NCBI GenBank assembly: GCA_963920595.1
Contig: OY986950.1
Coordinates: 2,108,001 to 2,171,925 of the forward strand
Origin: Eimeria praecox
Taxonomy: Eukaryota
Length of the DNA stretch: 63,925 nucleotides
Direction of reading: 5' to 3'
Of this stretch, positions 57,291-63,925 are shown piece after piece; within the stretch, counting starts at the first letter, position 1, and every line of letters starts with the position of its first letter. A program made the translations under genes and the position numbers. The notes beneath the pieces were generated by a model, which saw only the letters and a list, made by a program, of their open reading frames with translations, made no database searches and had not been told where the DNA came from.

Positions 57291-57447
57291 TCTCCTTCAG
57301 TTGCTGCTGTAGTTGTTGCTGCTGCTGCAGCAGCAGCAGCATTAGCAGCACCTATAGCCCGCAGAGCTGCTGCTGCTCCACTAGGCAGACTATCATCAGG
57401 ACACAAGCCTTCTCCTAGCGGCAGCAGCAAATCCAGAGGAGGGCTGT

Positions 57448-57489
<42 letters not shown>

Positions 57490-58661
57490 GCTCCTCCTGC
57501 TGCTGTTCCTGCTGCTGCTCTTGCTGCTGTTCCTGCTGCAGCTCCTGCTGCTGCTGCACCAGCTGGCCCTCATCCTGCTGCCCTTGCTCCCGCTGCTGCT
57601 CCTGCTGCTGCTCCTGCTGCTGTTCCTGCTGCTGCGGCTGCTCCTGCTGCTGCGGTGGCGGCATCTCCTGCTGCTGATCTTGCTGCTGCAACAACGTCAA
57701 CTGCTGCTGCTGCTGATGCTGCTGCTGCTGCTGCTGCTGCTCTTGCGGCCCTACCTGCTGTTCTGGATGCTCCTGCAGCTGCTGCTCCTCCTGCTGCTGC
57801 AGCTCCTGCTGCTGTAGGTCCTGCTGCTGCAGATCCTGCTGCTGCAGATCCTGCTGCTGATTCTGCTGCTGCAGCTCCTGCTGCAGCTCCTGCTGCTGCT
57901 CCTTCTGCTGCAGCTCCTGCTGCTGCAGCTCCTGCTGCTGCAGCCCCTCCTGTTGCTGTTCCTGCTGCTGCTGCGGCAGCTGAGCCTGCTGCTGCGGCAG
58001 CTGAGCCTGCTGCTGCGGCAGCTGAGCCTGCTGCTGCGGTAGTTGAGCCTGCTGTTGCTGCTGCTGCGGTAGCTGAGCATGCTGCTGCTGCTGTTGCGGT
58101 AGCTGAGCCTGCTGCTGTTGCTGCGGCGGCAGCTGAGCTTGCTGCTGCGGTAGCAGAGCCTGCTGCTGCTGCGGCGGTAGCTGAGCCTGCTGCTGCTGCT
58201 GCGGCAGCTGAACCTGCTGCTGCGGCAGCTGTGCCTGCGGCTGCTGCTGCGGCAGCTGTGCCTGCGGCTGCTGCTGCGGCAGCTGAGCCTGCTGCTGCTG
58301 CTGCGGCAGCTGTGTCTGCTGCTGCTGCTGCGGCAGCTGAGCCTGCTGCTGCTGCTGCTCCGGCAGCTGTGGCTGCTGCTGCTGCTGCGGCAGCTGTGTC
58401 TGCTGCTGCTGCTGCGGCAGCTGTGTCTGCTGCTGCTGCTGCGGCAGCTGAGACTGCTGCTGCGGCACGGTCTCTAAGGCATCGATGGGAGCAAGGGCTT
58501 GTTGCTGCTGTCCGTCCGGTTGCAGCTGCAGCACCTGCTGCTGCTGAGGCTGCTGTACCTGCTGCTGCTGTTGGGGCTGCGGCTGTTGCATCTGCTGCTG
58601 CAGAGGTATTTCCTGCTGCTGCTGCTGCTGCTGTATGAGCTGCTGCAGATTTATTTCCTGC

Positions 58662-58702
<41 letters not shown>

Positions 58703-58809
58703 CATGAGCTGCTGCTGGTTGGCGAGGGCCTTTTGAGCCTCCGTAAGACAATCAAGAAGAGATTCAGAAACTCCCCCTGGATTTGCTTCACTCATCTCCA
58801 CATTGCTGC

Positions 58810-58865
<56 letters not shown>

Positions 58866-58909
58866 GCTTGTATGAATGCAGCAGCAGCATCGCCCGGCGG
58901 CTGCGACAT
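55217..58909 (-). CDS. SANT/Myb-domain protein (MTA/ELM2-SANT-type SANT), Gln/Ala-rich, 1230-aa ORF
   Basis: Long uninterrupted ORF. The C-terminus LWGPKEVALFEAGICKYGKDFNILQKLIQTKTAKEIVDFYYLWKQT fits the SANT consensus of HDAC co-repressor subunits (W..E..LF..G...YGKDF..I...L..K...E.V.FYY.WK). AQLPQQQ repeats in the N-terminal part. Confidence 0.85.
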
Positions 58910-59860
58910 TTCTAAGAGGCGCGGGCTTTTCTGCTGCTGCTGCAGCAGCAGAGAAGCAAAGGGAGTTTCTTAAAAAGTGCAGCAGCTTCTCCTGGCAGTG
59001 CTGTTGCTGTAGCTGCTGCTGTAGCTGCCGCTGCTGCTGCAGCAGCAGCAACAGCGACTGCTGCTGCTGCTGCTGCTGCTGCTACTCCTCCAGCGCGCAG
59101 GGCGAGCGCCTCAGGAACAGGTACAGCCGAGAGGCCCAGGAATTCTGTGTAGGCCGACAGAAACAAATGTAGAGAAGACAGGCAGCAATATAGCAGCAGC
59201 AGCAGCAGCAGCAGCAGGAGCAGCAGCAACAAAGCAGACACCTGATCGCAGCAAAGGAGTAAGAGGATGGCTAAGAGAGGAAGCAGCAGGAAGAAACTGC
59301 AGGAGAAGGTGTCGAGAAGAACCCCATTTAAAACATCTAACTAAAGTGTGCGGCTATCTACAAACAAACTCATGCAAGCTTCCCCGCTGCTGTATAGACA
59401 CCCGAAGGCGGCGCAGCGCATGCATGCAGGTCTCTCTCTCTTTCTTTTCTAGAAATTTTAAATATAAAAAATATAAATATATTGTATTTTAAAATGTATT
59501 TTGAATGCATATAAATAAATTTAAGTTAATTTATATGTTAGAATCGTAGCAACAGACGAAACCGCAGAGGAAACACCACAGCATATACAGAGGCGCCGGG
59601 GAGAAGATAAAGTTTTTTATATTTTTATTTTGTGTTTGAATATAATTGTTAATAAACAATTAAGATATAAAAATACAAATCTAATACTTTTAATTATTTA
59701 CAGCGTTCTCAACAGCCACTCAACAAGACCAATGCTGGGGTGTACAGGCAGCTGCAAACGTGAAGAAGCTGTCGATCGTTTGCTCACACAACAATACAGT
59801 GTATCTCCACCATCATTTTATGTTTAATTGACTGCTGTTGCTGCTGCTGTTGCTGCTCGT

Positions 59861-59891
<31 letters not shown>

Positions 59892-60266
59892 GCTTGCTGC
59901 TGCTGCTTGCTGCTGCTGCTTATTATCAAACATTTCGGTGTTATATAAATAGAGAACAACACTAAACCCTAAACCCTAGACCCTAAACCCTAGGCCATGT
60001 GATATAAACAAAGAGACTGCTCGATAGATGATATTGTAGTATAGAAAGGACGAAGACAAGCAGCAAAGGGGGTTGATTGTTGTATTTGTGTCTATTGTTT
60101 GTTTTTAATGTACTTATTCTCTCGTTGCTGACAACATCAAAATAAGATTTACATCTGTCAATACACCCGAAAAAACGAGCAAACAAAGAAAAAAGCAGCC
60201 TCAGCCTCTTGCTGTATAATAAATAAATTTGGAGAGGAGCTTTATTAGAGTTATATATATAAACAG

Positions 60267-60309
<43 letters not shown>

Positions 60310-60728
60310 CTGTACGTACACCTGAGACAGACGGCAGGCTATTCATTTCTGTCTTCTTTCTTTTTTATCTATGCAGCGCTGCGTTTATATGTAAGAAATT
60401 AATAAACAGCATCTAACGACAAAGAAATAAACTAAATAACAAAATACAGAAAGACCCATGTATGCATCTGCATGTATGTGGGGCTGCATGCATGCATGCA
60501 TGCATGCATACATCTGCATGCATGTGGGGCTGCATGCATGCGGCTGCAGTGTCTAGACTCTTCAGATAGACAGCTTTGAAGCAGATAAACCTTCTACGGG
60601 GTGTAGGACGTCGGGCGGGTGGAAAGGGGGGGAAGAGGGGAGAGGGGCTTTGGGGCTGCATGCATGCATGCATGCACCTGCATGCATGCATGCATGCATG
60701 CATGCAGCCCCAAATATATATCTGTATA

Positions 60729-61289
60729 TTACCCGAAGAAGGATGTCTCGGCGTCTACGATTTTCTTAACACCCCCAACAGCCTCTAATATGCTGTCCAC
60801 TGCCGTCTCCATCACCAACCCTATCGTTCGTATAACAAAACACTTATATAGAGGTAGATGTATATATATTTATATGTATATATATATATAGGGAGAGATA
60901 TATAGATATATAAAAATATGCAGATATACAGATTTAGATATGGATATATACAGATATGTAGGTATATAGAGATAGAGATAGAGATAATGTTATGCATATA
61001 TATATGTATATATATATATATACTTATAGATTTAGATCTAGATCGAAATCTATACATAGATACGCAGCTGCAGGTGTAGCTATATACATATGATGACACA
61101 GATAGATAAAGATGTAGATGCACATCTATGGAAAGCGACACAGATATAGATGTTGGTATAGGTAAACATATATAGATAGATATAGATAGATTGATTGATA
61201 GATATAGAAATATAGATATATACATATATACATATATACATATATAGATATGCACAATATATAGATGTATAGTATAGGGCTTAGGCACA

Positions 61290-61357
<68 letters not shown>

Positions 61358-62239
61358 GAGAGAGGATATGTACAGATCTGCATATGAAGGGCTAGTCGTC
61401 TGTAACGATGTATGAATATTATCCGAAAGATATTTATTTTGTAGAAACAAAAAAAAAGATGCATGCAAATCAACAGCAGCAGCCTGCGGTGTATGTACAG
61501 CTCCTCAGACATCTTCTCTCACCTCCTACAATTATTTCGTCTAAAATATAATTTATCTGTGTACAAACAAGAGCAGCAACAACCCCACACTAACACACCC
61601 TAAACCCTAAACCCTAAACCCTAGAATACCAGAGAATAAGCTGACTTGAGGGAACACGTGGGCTTTACGGCTTAGGGTTTAGGGTTTAGGGTTTAGGGTT
61701 TGTGTAGATGTAAGAGTAGGAGACAACAGCAACATACCTTATCGTAGTGGAAGACAAGATCTAGCTCGCATACATTCTCAAAACATGCATCTAACACTTG
61801 AACGAAGACCTGAAGAAACCCTCAAAGCCCCACAAACATACTAATGCATGCATGCATGCATGCATGCATGCATGCATGCATGCATGCATGCATGCATGCA
61901 CTAGTTGTTTAAGTTATAATCCAAGCAGCTCTAAACCCTAAACCCTAGAAAGGCCTCACTTGTATGAGATCTAATATGCCGAGCTCGCTCTCGAGATGAT
62001 CTGTTACAAAGATAAAAAACAATGTCGCGAAGTGTCTATACAGCCAACAACGCATGCAGCAAACGAAGCAGAGAATCTCCTACTTAGTAGATACAGCAGC
62101 AGATGCTGCTGCTGCTGCTGCTGGTGCACATGCAAGGGATTCTGCTCATTTGCTGTTGCTGCAGCTGCAGCTGCAGCAGACGCTGGTGCTGTTGCTGTCT
62201 TGGGTGTTGCAGCATCACAGCGGCGAAGGAATCTTAGTA

Positions 62240-62271
<32 letters not shown>

Positions 62272-62686
62272 AGCTGGTGCTGCTGCTCTTGAATGCTAAG
62301 AAGGTGCAGCAAGAGGGTTGGCGTGCCTGTAGATGATGCGGTGGTTGGGGCCGAAGAGCTCAGTGTTTTCTGTAAAGCAGCAACATCCCTCATCTGGTCT
62401 GCGGCTGACAGCCGCGAATAAAGATCTCATAACATGTTGCTGTTTCTCGTGGGGCTGCAAGGCATAGCAGCGATGCAAATAGACAAGAAGAGATTGCATG
62501 CATATGACGGGTAGCAGCTGCTTTTCTGCTGTCATACAATGGAGGTATTGCAAGTATTTTGATGAAGCAATTCGTGTCTGCTATTATAAAATAAAGAAAA
62601 AAACAAATGCTACTCACTGTTCCGTCGTAAAAACGCACAATACGCGGCTTTCCTTGTGTATTCACGACGACCACCGACTTGATCAT
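60729..62686 (-). CDS. AP3S: Adaptor protein complex small (sigma) subunit, AP-3 sigma-like
   Basis: Exons 62686-62618, 62454-62327, 62035-61960, 61809-61738, 61556-61523, 60820-60729. MIKSVVVVNTQGKPRIVRFY..VSRRPDEGCCCF..IIYRHFATLFFIFVTDHLESELGILDLIQVFVQVLDACFENVCELDLVFHYDKINYILDEIIVGGLVMET. MIK..N..GKPR and ESELGILDLIQVFV are AP-3-type sigma features. The exact C-terminus is uncertain. Confidence 0.88.
61845..61900. repeat. (TGCA)n / TGCATGCA octamer array, intronic
   Basis: Tandem ATGC. Further clusters at 20128-20169 and 60460-60705. TGCATGCA is a well-known abundant coccidian/apicomplexan non-coding motif. Confidence 0.9.
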
Positions 62687-63612
62687 CGTAAGGGGAAACT
62701 GTAAGGAAATCAGCTTCTCCTGCTGCGGAAACGGAAGAAGAAAGGGCGTTTCGAGCAGCCAGAATGTAATAAAAATGACAGAAATGGGTCAAAAATATAT
62801 TGCTTTTGAATTTAGCTTATCGTTTCTTCTGCTGATTTGCAACAGACTCTCATGAGCGAACAGGTGTTCGGAGGTTCTACCCAGGCACTTTCAGAGCTTG
62901 TAGGGTCTTTAATGCCGCAAATTCCCTGGAATTTCAACATCAATGAGTATATTGAATGCTCTATTTAAAAAGGAAACTCGACTAATACAAAAAAGAATGG
63001 GGGGCAGGAGCAGTTGCAATCCTTGCAGTTTCCCATGTATGGGCTGCTGGAGCGTGCAACTTCTACGGTGTATTGGCAGCTCGTGAACGCGCGGCAAATT
63101 TTGCGGGAAACATTAAATGCAGACTTCAAAGTATACCTTAATTTTGATGCTTTCTTTCTGTGAATCTTGTACTTTCTTCCTTTATAAAGCGAAGCCTCAG
63201 CAAGGAACATTGTTGCTTTCGTTCGCTGCTCCTTCTCAATAGCTGCGGAATCTAGGCTGTTTTTCTGGAACTGTTTCGTTGATTTTTTCGCATATTCATG
63301 AGTAAATATTCTTCCGATTGGACTTCCTCTTTATTAGAAGTCTTTCTTTTTATTTATATGCCTCCATCTCCAGGCTTTCCTTCGTTTTCTGTTTTAAGTT
63401 TCGGCGCTTTAGGGAACACTTAGCAGGCCCATCCGCGTTGGGTGGGCTCTTGTTGAACACGAATGCCTTTCAGCTTGTGAATGAGATCTTCTTTGTCTGT
63501 TTTATCGAGGACAACAAGACATTTCTGAAGGGTGTTGTTAGACTGTTCCTCTTGCTTCCAAGGACCTCCAGGATTTGAGATCGCAACCTCAGTAGAGGCT
63601 GCAGGGGCTGAG

Positions 63613-63925
63613 ATGCATTATCTTTATTTGCTGCAGCTGGGGGTTCTTCTCTCCACAGCGGGGGGAGTCTTAGCGAACGAGCAGCTTGAAGACGGTGTTG
63701 CTGCCAATACAATCGTAAAGGAAGAGACTCAACCCTTATCTACCCTAGCAGCAGATGCAACAGACTTTGTTCCTCCTACAGATTTCCCCTTAGATATACT
63801 TCTTCAAGATAAACATGCAGCTGATAGTTATTCTATTGAAAACTCGACACAGAGATCTACAGCAGAGACAAAGAGTTTTCCTATGCGCCATAAAACTCTT
63901 ACAACTTTCCTCGTCTTAGGTGTAT
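63613..63925 (+). CDS. Partial ORF, putative secreted/membrane protein (runs off the window)
   Basis: Open frame from ATG 63613 to the window end: MHYLYLLQLGVLLSTAGGVLA (signal-peptide-like), then NEQLEDGVAANTIVKEETQP...RHKTLTTFLVLGV. In-frame stop upstream at 63526-63528. Not in the ORF track because it is truncated. Confidence 0.5.
   Translation, partial: MHYLYLLQLGVLLSTAGGVLANEQLEDGVAANTIVKEETQPLSTLAADATDFVPPTDFPLDILLQDKHAADSYSIENSTQRSTAETKSFPMRHKTLTTFLVLGV

Noticed and set aside
55914..58751. Poly-A/C/L/S ORFs overlapping or antisense to real genes
   Set aside because: Shadow frames of CAG/CTG repeats, with no independent domain evidence.
62909..63712. Short ORFs or a retroelement relic in the repeat-free segment
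   Set aside because: No recognisable RT, integrase, gag or LTR features; more simply a divergent promoter/UTR region.

Overview
Eukaryotic, intron-rich DNA with the hallmarks of a coccidian apicomplexan, most like Eimeria: (CAG)n/(CTG)n tracts in exons and introns, interstitial telomere-like (AAACCCT)n arrays, TGCATGCA octamers and long AT-rich microsatellites. Most entries in the ORF track are translated simple repeats. Splicing by hand gives six genes plus one partial gene: (1) a 20-exon ERCC6/CSB/RAD26-type SNF2 ATPase (minus, 1112-19508) with a ~5.6 kb higher-order satellite in one intron; (2) a Gln-rich hypothetical protein (plus); (3) an iron superoxide dismutase (minus); (4) a PGAM5-like histidine phosphatase (minus); (5) a heptatricopeptide-repeat (HPR/RAP-like) protein (plus); (6) a SANT-domain Gln/Ala-rich protein (minus); (7) AP-3 sigma adaptin (minus); and a signal-peptide ORF that runs off the right edge. 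The non-genic patterns I consider most interesting are: introns whose two ends carry complementary telomere-repeat arrays; a dispersed 14-bp quasi-palindrome that often overlaps splice sites and forms a ~20-unit tandem array at 54.1-54.6 kb; and repeated duplications of splice-junction sequence into neighbouring introns. All exon models are manual inferences, and no database searches were run.
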